This document shows, piece after piece, positions 1-13,877 of a stretch of DNA of 64,000 nucleotides (position 1 is the first letter of the stretch; each line of letters begins with the position of its first letter). The notes beneath the pieces were generated by a model. That model was not told the origin of the DNA and did not search any database. It saw nothing but the letters and a program-made list of their open reading frames with translations. Origin of the DNA: Paecilomyces variotii. Its lineage: Eukaryota. A program made the translations under genes and the position numbers. Location: the NCBI GenBank assembly GCA_004022145.1, contig RCNU01000002.1, one strand, 5' to 3'.

Positions 1-897
1 TGATTCCTTTTACCTTCGATTCCTCGAAGTAGGCCGTGTCCGTGTACGGTCACGCTCGTAGTTCCGCCACAACTGCGCCGTAAGCACAACTCGAAAAAGG
101 CATCGTAGAATCTCCAGAATCAGCCCAGCTCGCTCGAGCTGATCAATGTCCTCTCGTGAACTCGAATGCCATCTCGATCGAGGGACCTACTTCGTCGATA
201 CGGAACCAAGAGCGAGGTTTCCAACCAGCTTTATATCCATCCAAGGCTCTAAAGGGAATATCATTTTAGCAGACATTATCAGAACCTCTTGCGTCTGTCG
301 ATGAGCTACCTGCACAGCAGTGTCACAACTGAAGGGCCGCTAAGAAACAGTCATTTCTACCTTAAAAGCACACCCGTTCCGGTTGCCAGTGTTCAATATA
401 TGGACCTGTGCAGGTCCCCTGACGCAATCTGTGATCTCTGATATAGTCCAGACAGCTTTCATCGAAAGTATTAGAGCCTCTTGATGCACGGTTATCTACC
501 AGTAATGATGAGTTAGTTATTAATACTTGAAGTATCCGGAGATATCTTACTCCAGGAACATGTTAGCTATACAAAGATCATATCCAACGACAAATGCTTA
601 GATCTATCAATTCTTAAGATACCATTGATTCTACTGAGATCGTCTTACGCTGTAATCAAGCCAGAGATCACTACACCTACTCGAATGGAAATACAGTATT
701 ACTCATAACTTGAATGGTTCCAACCTGCTAAAAACCACTCACTGCAATTTCATCATGCAGGAATTCCAATGGTATCAATTTATCTCGCCACTACTCTTGA
801 CTCCTGATCTCATATACAAAATATGAATATAATAATAATAAGAAGAATAAATCCATATAAAAAAAAATTGCGACAATCTCCTAAGTCCATCACACAA

Positions 898-1139
898 TCA
901 AGCTCCCCTAGTATATCCATGCCACCACTTCGAAAAGGCTCCGCCTTTCGCTATCTGCTCATTGAAACTCTCTCTTCTCGCGGCAGAAGCAGCATCTGGA
1001 GAGTCTCTCTTCTGAGTTGTCAGGTTGGCGAAGAGGCCGGGAGTGCTGCTCTTGCGGCGGTTGCTGGAGTTAGAGGATGTAGAAGCGTCGGAGGTCTGAA
1101 ATAAATATGTGTGAGCGTGGGGATCTATGGGGAGTTTGG

Positions 1140-1177
<38 letters not shown>

Positions 1178-1399
1178 GAAATTGGGAAATAGGAGGAGGA
1201 GTGGACTTACTCGTCGTTGTTCGGTTCCTTCGATGGGAGCGTCTAGTTTCCAGGGTGCTGTTGTGGCAGGGCCTTTGATGCCGCCTCTGAGCCAGACATT
1301 GTGATGTTCATGGCGATCACCGGGGGCGCCGTTCCAATGGCGACGGGTGGGAGATGGTGCACTGGGTGTGATGTTCGATGTTGAGCTTGCGTCGGCCAT
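898..1399 (-). CDS. Small 2-exon protein (~128 aa), Ser-rich, with a fungal-type C-terminus GLFANLTTQKR...ARRESFNEQ...FSKWWHGYTRGA; function unknown
   Basis: Exon 1 1399-1211; intron GTAAGT...TTTCAG (1210-1096) holds an A-tract; exon 2 1095-898 is in phase 0 and open to TGA. The C-terminal motif resembles small fungal 'conidiation-specific expression'-type proteins (from memory only). Confidence 0.7.
1142..1176. repeat. ~35-nt T homopolymer (A-tract in the intron of the 898-1399 gene)
   Basis: Directly visible; it produces the spurious poly-K/poly-F ORFs. Confidence 0.95.
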
Positions 1400-3784
1400 G
1401 ATAGTTTATTTTGGATTGAGTCTGTCGTTCAGAGTAGTTCGTATCTGGAAAATGTCGCTGGGTGAGGGATGTTTTGCTGTTATTTTCTATACTGGTCAGC
1501 ATTTCAGTGTTCGCTAGAATGAGCCATCATGGTCTTTTTTTTTCTTTTTTCCTAGAAGGAGGAATGGCAGAAGCAGCTTCATAATAGCAAATCAGAGACA
1601 ATGGAGATGGAGAGTATAGATATTTAAAGACAAATCATATCGGCATGATGATGAAAAACATTGAATATACAGGAAAGCATATACTCTCCATTATACAATA
1701 CATTCTATCATCTGATGTCCCAACCACAGATAAGACAAGCGAGAGTAACAAGAGGACAGTGTTCCATGTTTTGCTATTCACAACGTCTCCTCTCAAGCAG
1801 AAGGGTTATCTGCTTACCTTTCCAGATGTAGGGCTCATATGGTTCGAATTCAACAACTCAAGCTACAATCACGAGGCAGCGGGACACAGTTATATAGGAC
1901 CAAGAGAGAGCCACGGCCATGCTTCCAGCTAGGTAGTCTACCATATGATCCCAATCTATGCTACGAAAGTACCCCGCAAAGGTCTAGACAAGAGAACCAG
2001 TGGTTCGATCATGGGTCGAGCCATCCGGACAATGCTGGTCTCTCAAGGCTCGTCTCTGCCTCGCATCCTTCGACTCTCCAAAGAAAGCGAGATTACAAAT
2101 GCGACTGCTGAGCTTTTTCCAATCCGGACATGACGACAGGGATCGCGTGCGCAGGACTGGCGATTGACCCATGGGATATTGTTGTCATATCATATCAAGT
2201 CGCATCGACTGCGTCACCAAAGGCGATTGGAGCGTGTGAGCGCGTGGATATACCATATATGTATCATACCGGTAGTCAACTGCGATCAAATTGGTGATTG
2301 AACGGTCCCGCGAGAGGTAGTAAGTTACAGTAAAAGTCGAGTACCATAAGTTTGTTTGAAGTCATTGACGTCTCAAGACCAGAAATGCGGGGTACGTTAA
2401 GTAGTCCCGCCAACGGATGAACTTCCGCGGCGCCTCTAAAGTGTGCTTTCAACATTGTAACACTCATCCACGGATCCCGCCACTGGAAAGCCATCTCAAA
2501 ACAAACGGTTGATGGTCATTGGAGAGTGGGAGCCTGGGAATATCACGGTCGATGATTGACGCCGGTTCTTGAGTCGATGCATTTCCGCTTGCAGGTATTG
2601 CCATTGAATATCGGTCTCGATGAAGAGTTTGTCGCTGGATCTGATTACCATACACAGTTGATCATTTCCGACTGTATCCGTTCCTCTCAGCAAGGTGCGA
2701 GACTCAGATGTGGCGGACATCTAACGCGTGGAACTCTCCACCAGAATCAGGAAGTTGAAGTCACTACCTAGTTATAGGAGTTATCACTGTTCAAGAAAGA
2801 GCGTACTTTAAGACTCGAGATTAAACACTCACCAGATCTCTCCTTCCCGACACCTAGAACATAAGCCGACACGATCAATAATAAGCCCACTCTCTATGGC
2901 AGGCCTGCTATCAAGCCGGTATTGGAATGACCTTAAAAGCGAAAGTACCGAAGAACAATCCATACCGTATTATCGGCGAGCGCTAGCGAGGCGATAAATT
3001 AGGGTACTTCTTTTTACGTTCCTTTGCCAAGCCTCCTTTTCATTGGTCCTTTTCTTCCTGATTCTTCCTGATGTCACGTGCTCTTTTACCGCTTTCCTTT
3101 TTGGTATATTAAAACAACTGGCTAGGGGTGTTAGAGGCGGTATTATTATTCCTGTAGTTACATATTGAGTCACATGCTCCTATTTTGCTTCGTAATGAGC
3201 GCTCGGCGTCTTTGCTACGGTCTGGCGCGGGCGCCCCGTAGGATAACTGGTAATAACAAACCATCGAAATCCCTACTTCCCCCCGCTCGAGACATGGACA
3301 TTTCATCATTCTCGATTCAGAATGGCGGCCAGTATGTACATGTGCATTCATCTACTCTACTCTACGTACCACACGCAATGCCACTGGCATACGGACCAAG
3401 ACCCACGCTGGACTATGGTATGACGTTCCCAGAGCGTTTAGCCGGGTCCTCAATAAGATGAGGCTTAGCTGGTTAGTTGGTTGGTTGGTTATTCGTTATG
3501 TGATACTTACTAGAGTAAGTCTATGGAGTACGTCCTGTGCCTCAGGACAAGGGAAATGATGTATGATTTATATTATATATCTTATCTTACCTACCATGTG
3601 GCAACAGATCCTTAAATTAAAAAAAAATATCTTACCAAAGTAAACAAAAAGCCCCTTTCTCTCTCTCTCCTAACCTTACCACGCAGAAACAAAACACAAA
3701 CAAGAGCCCCCATCCCTCACCAAACTTCTTACAATAAATAATAATCCAACTCACCAAATCAATCATAACCAACCAACAAAAACC

Positions 3785-4142
3785 ATGTCCACAAACCCCT
3801 CCTCGATCAACGACTTCATCAAAAAAGACCCCTATCCACCAAATAGTTCTTTCCTAGATCGCTACGACCCCGATGCCCTTTCCTCCGCGCGAGATGGAGG
3901 TCTTACGCATCCTACTACGTCTGAGACGGATGAGGAGTTAGGTATATCAATCTACTTGCATATAGTCATTATAGTATAGTGGAATGTACTGTGTATGAAT
4001 GGAGGGCTAATGGCGAGATCTATTAGGATACGTGAATCGAGATCCGGAGCGGGGTTTCAGAGGGAGTCGTGAGAGTAAAGGGGGGCAGTATGCGCGGTCG
4101 GAGAAGGAGAAAGAGAAATGGGGTGATAAGAGAGGGGAGTGA
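3785..4142 (+). CDS. Small hydrophilic 2-exon protein (90 aa), function unknown
   Basis: ATG in AACCATG context after an A/C-rich leader. Exon 1 3785-3941; intron GTATAT...GCTAAT...TAG 3942-4026; exon 2 4027-4142 continues in frame (EELGYVNRDPERGFRG...KWGDKRGE*). Confidence 0.65.
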
Positions 4143-4391
4143 GGAAGGTCGGTTTTTGTCAATTGGGTTAGAGCTTTTCTTGGTGGAATTGATGGATGGT
4201 TTGGAAGAGTGTATATAGGCCCTTGGATGAGATACTCCACGTTGTATAACGTTAGAGCATTGAGCAGTACGTAACTAACTTCTAAAGAGGGAGAGTTTCG
4301 GTTTTTTTTGGGCCTGCTTTACTCGCTATATCATGCTCTATATGGTGTTTTTATCAATCGAAACCGTCGAGATATACATACATACATACAT

Positions 4392-6374
4392 CTACAACCT
4401 CCCCGAGACACGTATCGTGGCACCAAAGCCCTTCAGCTCCTCCCAAACCCTCACTCCTTCATCCCACCTCTCATCAATCCAAACATCAACTTTCCCATCC
4501 TCCCTCAACCTCCTCACCTCCTGAACCCTCCCAGGAACCGCTTCCCAGCCAATATCGTCCTCTTGTCCCTGGACGAACTTGACAAGCGGCTCAAAGACGC
4601 CTTTCCTCACGATGTGTTTTTCCCTCTCGAGCATCCGCATGCCATTTCCCCAGAACCAGATCCACTGGTCCGCAGCATGCGTGGCGCCCCATTCGGGTGG
4701 GAAGATGCGATCCACGCACTTGAGGCGGAATTCCACACGGTAACGATAGATCAGATGGCCTGCGCCCGTGCGGGCCAGGGCGTTGATGAGACCGCGCTCC
4801 ATCAGGTGGATCTGCATGTCGGCGTAGATGCGGCCGAAGGCATCGGTGTGCCAGTTCTTGCAGTCCGGTGGGAGCTTGCCGTCAGGATAGTAGAGACGGA
4901 TCAGCTTATCGACGGCGGGTGGGGGGAAGTAGTCTGCCTTGAGCCGATGGGCGAGTGAGGCGAGAGTGTCGCTCTGTGGAGGCCGGTGGGTAGCGTAGAG
5001 GAAATGCTCGTCGCGGCACTCGCCGATCATGAGACGGATATTGCGGGAGATTAGTTTTTCGGCAAAGATGCCGTTGTCGATATCTTGGAAGAGAGAAGGT
5101 TGGATGAAATCGGAGTCGGTGTGAGGGCGGAATTCGTGGTAGTGTTTGATACTGTCGAGAGCATCGAGTATGGTGTCAATTGGTAGGGAGCGGAGAATAG
5201 CGATCTTATCAGCTGGGGGTAGAAGGAGCGGGATATTGAGGACAGATAGAAGTTCATCAAACTGATCCTGCGCAAACAGGCGAGATTTGGGTTGCATGGC
5301 TGGTCCGTTTGACCACATGATGGCTCTTTTAATGATGGCGTTGCCGTCCGGTTGATAGAGATCGTATGCAAGCTGATAGAATACGGAGTACGAGCCTGCA
5401 TAGAGTCAACACGATCCCTCTCAACCAATTCAATATCAACCCCAATATACTCACCAGCCGAGTATCCCGCAATGGTGATATTATCAGGATTGCCTCCGAA
5501 ACACCCGATATTCTCTTTCGTCCACTCGAGCGCCATGCGTTGATCCCAAAAGCCCTGGTTTCCAGAGGGTTCGCCGAACATTTCCGCATCACGCTCCAGT
5601 TCGACGGACGAGAGGAAACCAAAGACGCTTACGCGGTAAGCTGGCATGACGATAACACACTTGAAGTCCGTCTCGCCCAAGAGGGCGGCAGCGGAGAAGG
5701 TATTAGGTGTTCCAAATTGAAGAAAACCACCATCTGGGAAAAACAGAAAAAGGAACATCATCAGCTCTGTAAAAGCTCATCAAGGGAACAGAAAACAGCG
5801 TACGAATGAAGAAGAATACCGGCCATCCTGCAATATGATCGATCATCAGCACTGGCTCCTCAAACAGCATAGCAACAAATCTTACTTAGCCAAAAGACAA
5901 AGAAGACAGAAACATACCATCCTCCGGCCTCTCCTCGTCATCCAACGGACACCAAATATTACACTGAAACACATCCTCCCTTTCAGCCTCATTCTCCTCC
6001 AACTTCTTCCCTTCCTCCATCAGCTTCCTCTTCAGCTTCTTGCGCAACGCATGAGCTCTCCCGGGCTGCGGACACTCTCTCGTTCTACCCGTGCAATCAC
6101 CGGGATTGTGCCTCGTGCCGTATACAAAGTCTGACGGGAGAGGTCGCGCTCTCCGCCATCTCTTTGCCGGCGCGAAGGCATAGCGCACGCCACCGTAGTA
6201 ATGGCAGAGAGGGATTGGGCTGGAATTCGACTTAGTCCGTGAGGAAGGAGATTGCGATGCAGATGATGATGATGACAGTGTCAAAGGCTGGCGGGAATAA
6301 TAAGTAAGACCACGAACGAAGCCTCGACTCGCGAGGTCTTTGACGTGCGGTTCGGAGATGAGATCGAGGTCCAT
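4392..6374 (-). CDS. Type-B carboxylesterase / alpha-beta hydrolase (multi-exon)
   Basis: Spliced exons give YYGGVRYA..RWRRARPLP, WPVFFFIHGGFLQFG (oxyanion hole), YRVSVFGFL, GNQGFWDQRMALEW...FGGNPDNITIAGYSAG (nucleophile G-x-S-x-G), GECRDE and GATHAAD (catalytic His). Confidence 0.9.
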
Positions 6375-7228
6375 CCTCTTCCTCTGTGTTGTGTTGTGTT
6401 ACTTATGTCGTGTCAACCCAATCCCTCACCGACCAGCAAAGCAAAACAGAGACAAAGAAAAAGAAAACAAAACAAGTCGGTTATAACCACAGGACAAGTA
6501 GTAACCATATCCCAATCAATTGAATCCGTAAGTTAGTTTTCCCCGCATGAACCGTCCAGCGAAGCTTTGGTGCCGATCGGGGCCGAGACTTTGTCCCTTT
6601 TCTGTCTAGTTGCGATCGGAAAGCTGCCTGAGGATGGATTCCATTATCTTAGGTATATTATAGTCTTGTCTTTACGGAGCTAGCTATTTGCTTTCTATTG
6701 TTGACGATCAGTTCGAGGCTTTGAACGTGTCAACTGACAACCAGCTTATTCGGAGTTTCGTATGTATCCTTTCTCGCCGAGATATATACCAATATATATT
6801 CTTGTCTACATATGACATAAATATGAACCCACAGATAACGATAGGATACCAATGAATACATATAGATAATCGATTAGCTATAGTTCTTATCTGACAAGAT
6901 ATCGCCTCTGTTATAATTGACGTAGCAGTCGCTTCGGCATACCTACAGCTAAGTTAGTTACAGGCACAGGTGCTTGGGTTAATCTGAAAACATGGTAACT
7001 TAGAAATAACTAGTTATATAATTCGTTGATAATTGCCATCGCTTTAGAATACACAGAGTGCGCCGTCCACCCTCAATCAAGGGAGGTGAGAAAGACCAGC
7101 TGCCAACCAATGACTTCTTCCAAATGGCGACAGCGTCAACACATCATTCATATTCATGGTATGTCTATCATATATGGAGTAGAGCACAATCGTGATAGGC
7201 TTTTTCTCCTCGCAATATACTACGAAAA

Positions 7229-10200
7229 TCATGCCTTGGTGATCTTGCAGACGAGATCCTGGCTGTCAACAGAGTCGCCCTCCTTGACCTGGAGACCGGC
7301 GACCTTTCCACTGTGGGGTGCGGAGATAACCATTTCCTAGAAAACGTGTTAGTTGTTGTATGCTTCGGAAACAAATCAGAAATCGGTGGAAGACCTACCA
7401 TCTTCATGGCGCTGAGAACAGCAACAGGGTCACCCTTCTTGACCTCGGATCCCTCGTGCACGCGGACCTCGACGACGACACCGCTCATCGGCGCTCCGAC
7501 CTGGCTGCTGTCGGTAGCATCGGCCTTGGGACGAGCAGTGTTGTCGACGGAGGCCTTCTTGTCGTCGACGGTGACCTGGCGGACCTCACCGTTGACTTCG
7601 TAGAAGACCTCGCGCTGGCCGGTCTGCTCGGAGAGCGGTCCGATGGCAAGCAGCTTCAGGATAAGCACCTTACCCTGCTCCAGCTCGACGTTGAACTCCT
7701 CGCCAATCTCGGGACGGGACAGGAAGAAGCGAGTGGGCAGGACGGACAGATCACCGTACTTCTGCACGAACTTGCGGTAGTCCTCGAAGACCTTGGGGTA
7801 CATGGCGTAACTGGCCACGTCGCACTCAGTGGCAGTTCCGAACTTCTCCTTGATCTCGGCCTTGATCTTGGCCAGGTCGAGCGGCTCCAGGTACAGACCG
7901 GGGCGCTTTTCGAGCTTGCGGCGGTCACGCAGGGCTCGGGAGCGCAGAGGCTCAGGGAATCCACCGTAGGGCTGGCCCATGAGACCCTCCAAGAACTCCA
8001 GAACGGAGGCGGGGAAGTCGAGCTCGGCCGCGCGAGCAATGACATCGTCGGCGGTCAGCTTGTTGGAGACCATGAACTGAGCAAGGTCACCAACAACCTT
8101 GGAAGTGGGAGTGACCTTGACGATGTCGCCCAGTAGGTCGTTAGCGGCCTCGTAGGCCTTCTTGGTCTCGGCCCACTGCTGACCCAGACCCAGCTGGCTG
8201 GCCTGGAAGATGAGGTTGGTCAGTTGACCACCAGGAATCTCGTGCTCGTAGACCTCTGTCAACAAGTTAGCGTATATTGCGGTATCAGTTTGAAAGCAAA
8301 CAAGCAAGTAAGTAACACGAATAGATACACTCCAAGAAGCCCAGGGAGCCCTGAGGTTGTTCCAGTCTAAAGACAAGGGGCCAAGACAAATGCAGAGAGA
8401 AGGCAGGAGAAGAAGAAGGGGTACTAACCAGGGTCCGGACCGGTCAGACCGGCCTCGAAAGGCGAGTACAACAAACGAAGCTGGGCCCAGTAGCTGTCAA
8501 TGGCACGGATGTGGTGGATGTTGAGCTTGGGGTCGAACTCGGAGCCCTCGAGCGACGCGAGGATGGCACCCAGACTGGGCTGCGAGGTCATACCAGACAT
8601 GCTGTCGGTGGCCGCGTCGACGGCATCAGCACCCGCCTGAGCGCACGCAACCATGGAGGCCACACCGGTACCAGCGGAGTCGTGGGTGTGGACGTGGATG
8701 GGAAGGTCAGGGTAACGCTTGCGGATCGAGCCGACCAGCAGGGTGGCGGCCTTGGGCTTGAGGACACCGGCCATATCCTTGATACCCAGAGTGTGGGTGC
8801 CCAGCTTGACGACCTTGTCGACCAATTCCAGGTAGTAGTCCAGGTTGTACTTCTTCTTGGGGTTCAGCATGTCTCCGCTGTAGCAGATGGTGGCCTCGAC
8901 CACACCGCCAGCGGCCTGCACGGCCTTGATACCGACCTCGAGCTGGTCGATATCGTTGAGGGCGTCGAAGACACGGAAGATGTCGACACCGTACTTCTTT
9001 GCCTGCTTGCAGAAGTGGTAGATGGCATTGTCAGGCAGAGAAGAGTAGGCAACGCCGTTGGCTCCTCGGAGCAGCATCTGGAAGGGGATGTTGGGGACCA
9101 GCTTCCTGAGCTTGCGAAGACGGTCCCAGGGGTCCTCGTAGAGGAAACGCATGGCGACATCGAAGGTGGCACCACCCCAGCACTCCAGGGCATAGGCGTT
9201 GGACAGCGCGTAACTGGTCTCCTTGGCAATGTTGACCAGGTCGACCGTACGCACACGGGTGGCCAGCAGAGACTGGTGAGCATCACGCCAGGTGGTGTCC
9301 ATGATGAGACAGCCCTTGTTGGCGCGCACTGCCTTGGCGAAGGCCTCAGGACCCTCGCGGTCGATGATCTGCTTCCAGCCAGTGGTGCAGGGCTGGGTCA
9401 CGTCGATGAGTTTGCCGGCATCGTCGTACAGCTGGGGGAGGATGATCTCGCCCTTGAATTTCGGCTCACCGATCTGACCCTTGATGCTGCTGCCATTGAC
9501 AGCCAGGTCACCCAGGTAGGCCAGCAGCTTCTGGGCACGGTTCTGGCCGCCGACCAGGGCAAACAGCTCAGGGGTGTCGTCGATGAAGGTGGTCCAGCAG
9601 GTGCCTTCAATGAAAGTTGGGTGGCTCAGCAGAGAGGCCAGGAAGGGAATGTTAGTCTTCACACCACGGATACGGAACTCCACCAGGGCACGCAGCATCT
9701 TGCGGCGCGCAATCTCGTAGGTGGATCCCAGACAGGTACACTTGACCAGCATGGAGTCATAGTGAGGAGTGATGACGGCACCGGCAAAGCCGTTTCCACC
9801 GTCCAGACGGACACCGTTACCACCAGCGGAACGGTAGACCTCGATCTTACCGGTGTCAGGGGAGAAGCCCTTGGCCGGATCCTCGGTGGTGATACGGCAC
9901 TGGATGGCGAAACCACGAGTAGAGATGCGCTCCTGCGTCAAGCCCAGCTGCTGGAGCGTGGCACCGGCAGCAATCTGGATCTGGGCGGCGACGATATCAA
10001 TACCCGTGATCTCTTCGGTGATGGTGTGCTCGACCTGGATACGGGGGTTGATCTCGATGAAGTAGTAGCGGTTCTGCTGGTCGACCAAGAACTCGGCGGT
10101 ACCAGCGTTGCGGTAGTTGACGGAGCGAGCCAGCTTGACGGCATCCGCCAGGATCTGGTCGCGGACGGCGGTGGGCAGGTCCTTGGCCGGGGCCAGCTCG

Positions 10201-11048
10201 ACCACCTTCTGGTGACGACGCTGGACGGAGCAGTCACGCTCGAACAGGTGGACGACGTTGCCCTGGCTGTCACCCAGCAGCTGGACCTCGATGTGCTTGG
10301 GCTTGTCGAGGAAGCGCTCGACGAAGACGGTGCCGTTTCCAAAGGCGCTCTTGGCCTCGGAGGTGGCACGCTCAAAGGCATCGCGCAGGTCAGCCTGGTT
10401 GCGAACAACGCGCATACCACGGCCACCACCACCAAAGGCAGCCTTGATAATGATGGGGAAGCCATAGGTATCGGTGAAGTTCTTGACCTCTTCGTACCGC
10501 TCCACGGGGCCCTCCGTTCCGGGCACGACGGGGACGCCGCACTTGATGGCCAGCTGACGGGCGGACACCTTGTCACCCAAGGCCTCGATGGTTTCCGGGG
10601 TCGGGCCCACGAAGACGATACCGGCCTGCTCGACCTTGCGGGCGAACTCTGCGTTCTCGGAGAGGAATCCGTAACCGGGGTGGATCAGCTGGACGCCGTG
10701 CTGGAGGGCGATCTTGATAATCTCGTCTCCGGCCAGATAGGCGCCCACGGGGGTGTATTGACCGCGCTTTCCAATCACGTAGGCCTCGTCCGCCTTCTGA
10801 CGGTGCATGGACAGGCGGTCCTCGTACGAGTAGACGGCGACGGTCTGCAGGGACAGCTCGTGGGCGGTACGGAAGATACGGATGGGGATTTCACCACGGT
10901 TGGCGACGAGGATCTTCTGGAACTGCATGATGGTGGAATTGGCGCGCAGACGCCTGTGGACAGAGTCCTCGACGGCGGTATGGCTGTGATCCTCGACGAG
11001 TTCGGCATCGTCGATGGCCTGCTCAGGCTGGGGGTGGTGGGAGGCCAT
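7229..11048 (-). CDS. PYC1: Pyruvate carboxylase (~1194 aa, 3 exons)
   Basis: KILVANRGEIPIRIFR (biotin carboxylase domain), DTTWRDAHQSL and HVHTHD (carboxyltransferase domain), AMKM biotinylation site. Exons 11048-8429, 8255-7399 and 7336-7229 join in frame. Confidence 0.98.
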
Positions 11049-13119
11049 GATGGACAGGGTGGACGGTCAACGCCCGACACTCAACTGCGTCTCAACAGTC
11101 AGCGAAGGCGACGAGGAAGGCAATGGAGAAGCTGCAGGGAGAGACGAGGAGGACAGGTACAGACAAAAAGGAAAAAAAGAACCGAGGAGGGAAATAATGA
11201 GTCAACGGGGCCTGGAGGAATTCTTCCAGCGGGAACTGGTACAACGCGGAGACGGTTGCGGCGGGGCAGAAACCGGCTCCGGAACCAACTGCACGCAGCA
11301 CAGGACGCCGTCCGCTGAAGCTGAAGCAGAAATAGAAGATTGCCCAAGGGAAAAAAAAGGAACTAAACTGCAGTTTGTACTTTGTAGACAGCTGTGGGAG
11401 TGGAGATGGTAGAGAGAGAGAGGGGCAATGGTGTATCGAACACGAACGGTTAATGAAGCTCAGCAGCGGAAAGCAGGTGGGGGAAAGCAGGATGTTGTAT
11501 GGCCGATACGGGATGTACCGTAATTTATCAAAAAGACGGGGAAGCCGAACCAAAAATACCAGCGGGACTGCCAGAGATCGTGCCAACAATCGGTAATCCA
11601 ATTACCAGCTCCGTCAACTTCACCGGCACACCGTCTGGGACACCGAGAAGTGCGAGAAGTCGCCGACCGGAATCCGACGACGGGCAAGGAAGAAGTTGAC
11701 TAGTTGCTTGGTTGTTCGTTTAGTTGAGTCGTTAATTATTATTGAATGAATGAATGATAATAATAATGATAATTATTATCCTCGTCGAACTGTCAACAGC
11801 TGCACCTCTCTTTATCGTCTTCGTCGGGCCGGACAGCCGGATGCGGTGACGACACACACAACCCCACGGACTCCCGAAAAGGAAACAAAGGGAGAGAGGA
11901 GAGTTATTTAGTAGATATAATAATAATATATATAATATATATTATTGATAAGCACTCGTCGATGATTTGTGCAGGGCCCCAGAACCAATCCAGGATAAGA
12001 CGAGGACAGCACAGTTAAACAAAAATAGAGTATGATAGGGGATGATATAGATATATGTATCTATAGATATATATATACTCTATTATAGAGTAGCTACCGC
12101 TCCAATCCAATAATCTAGTTAAACCTATCTCACTACTTTATTATATACATACTTCCGTCCAACCCCCCCATCGTCTTCCGTCCGATTTTCTTTTCCTTCT
12201 CCGCATGGCACTCCTTTCCTCGTTTCCCCTCATGGACTCATGCCTGTGCTTCCGACTTGGCCCGTCGCAAACCGAGAACGAGAACGAGAACGAGAATCCT
12301 CTCCCCAAGGTGCAACAATAATAACGCGTCGCTCCCCCGCGTACCTCGGGTGCTCGGGCTATCTCGAGTACACTTGCGTCTAGAAAAGTGAACTAGAGTC
12401 GTTTCGTCGTTGCAGATGCGCGGTGCTTTAGTCTCGAGTAGGCAATTTTTCCTTCTGTCTCATCCACTCCCTTATCATCACCGCCAGTTTGGTGGGGGAA
12501 GGAAAAAGAGGAAATACCCACCGAATACTAACAGACTACTGTTCGAGTATGTACGGACTACGGAGTAGATGGGTCAAGTCTACCATACGTGCAGGTCTGG
12601 GAATTCCGTCCGGGGGGTGTCATCTTGGTAGTACGTAGGTACTCGAGGAAGGGCCAGATAAAATCAACTAATTATGTAGTTAACGGACCAAATGCATCGT
12701 TCTCCGCGATGGCCATCCCGTCTTGCGCGGGAGCAGAAGGGCTCTTCTCTTGGCCTGGCCCCCCTCGGAGTCTTGGACTCCAGATATGACGAGTCTTGGA
12801 AGCCACGAAGCGAGGCTGTTAGGATGCTGGTAAGGGAAACCAGTGGAACAGTAAAAAAAAAAAGGACAACAGTCAAGGTCGGACGTCGAGAGTCGAGACA
12901 GGCGCTAGTAACCTTAACTGGGACTTGATCGCGTCAATAATAATACAGCGAATCCACAAGTGAATAATAATATCCTGTCCGCAACCACTATTCGGAAGAT
13001 TTTCCCGAGATCGACCATGGTTAAATTGTCCCGTCTCAGTCTTCAGATTAACATTAACAGTTAGTTGATTGACTAGTTGGCAGTTAAGTCACTCAGATGC
13101 AGCTTACATCAACAAAACA

Positions 13120-13192
13120 GCTCGCATGGCTCAGTTGGTAGAGCGCATGACTAGTAATCATGAGGTCCGCGGTTCGAATCCGCGTGTGAGCA
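13120..13192 (+). tRNA. tRNA-Thr(AGT), intronless
   Basis: Cloverleaf: acceptor stem GCTCGCA/TGTGAGC, D-arm GCTC..GAGC with TGGTA, anticodon stem CATGA/TCATG with loop CTAGTAA, T-arm with GGTTCGAATCC, and a downstream T-run (Pol III terminator). Confidence 0.97.
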
Positions 13193-13877
13193 TTTCCTTT
13201 TTGCTCCCGTCTCTTTTTTTTTTCTTGGCTCAAACTTTCTCGCTCGACTTCGCAGATCCTGATGATCTGATCATCACTTTGGCTCCTTTCATACTGTCCA
13301 TTTTGGCTACTGTCTCATCTAGCCCCTCCGCTAACTTATGTTGCGCTTAGCCCTTGTCCCAGACTCCCAGCAGGTACATACATCGCCGTCAATATAACAC
13401 AATCGGTGGTACTCTCAGCTATTGTCGCAACTTCACTTAGCCGCCAACTCCGCCAATTCACACTACTTTACAGTCCCTACAGAAGTGACACCGTGTTCTA
13501 CCACCGTTGCTCGAACAAGGAAACAGGAAGAGATGATAGTTAATACCATTACCGGAAATGTAGATGCTTGCGGCTACGGGAGAAAAACCATGGGAATAAG
13601 AACACGTAAGCAAATGGCAGCATATCAAATACACCATCACAGGGGAAAAAAATAAAAAACAACCGCAAGAAGAGTAAGAGGAAAGGCCTAGAATGTGGTC
13701 GGCTCCGCCATCATTACCGCCCAGGCTGAACTTCACCACAAGGCGATCCTCCACATTACACATGAAGCCAGGCCTCGAAACCCCGGTCAGTCCTCAAAAG
13801 AGAGAGCCCTCACCAGAATCCGCCCATCCCCGCCGACCGTCCGTGTCTATTTTACATACATCGTCAGAACTGCCCAT

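Noticed and set aside
8511-11318. 935-aa plus-strand ORF antisense to pyruvate carboxylase
   Set aside because: Codon-register mirror of a highly biased gene. Avoidance of TTA/CTA/TCA removes antisense stops, and no recognisable domain is present.
12273-12296. (GAGAAC)4 repeat as a heat-shock element; also (CCATGG)3 near 21857 and a 13-bp tandem duplication near 24309
   Set aside because: Direct rather than inverted nGAAn units; best explained as slippage repeats.
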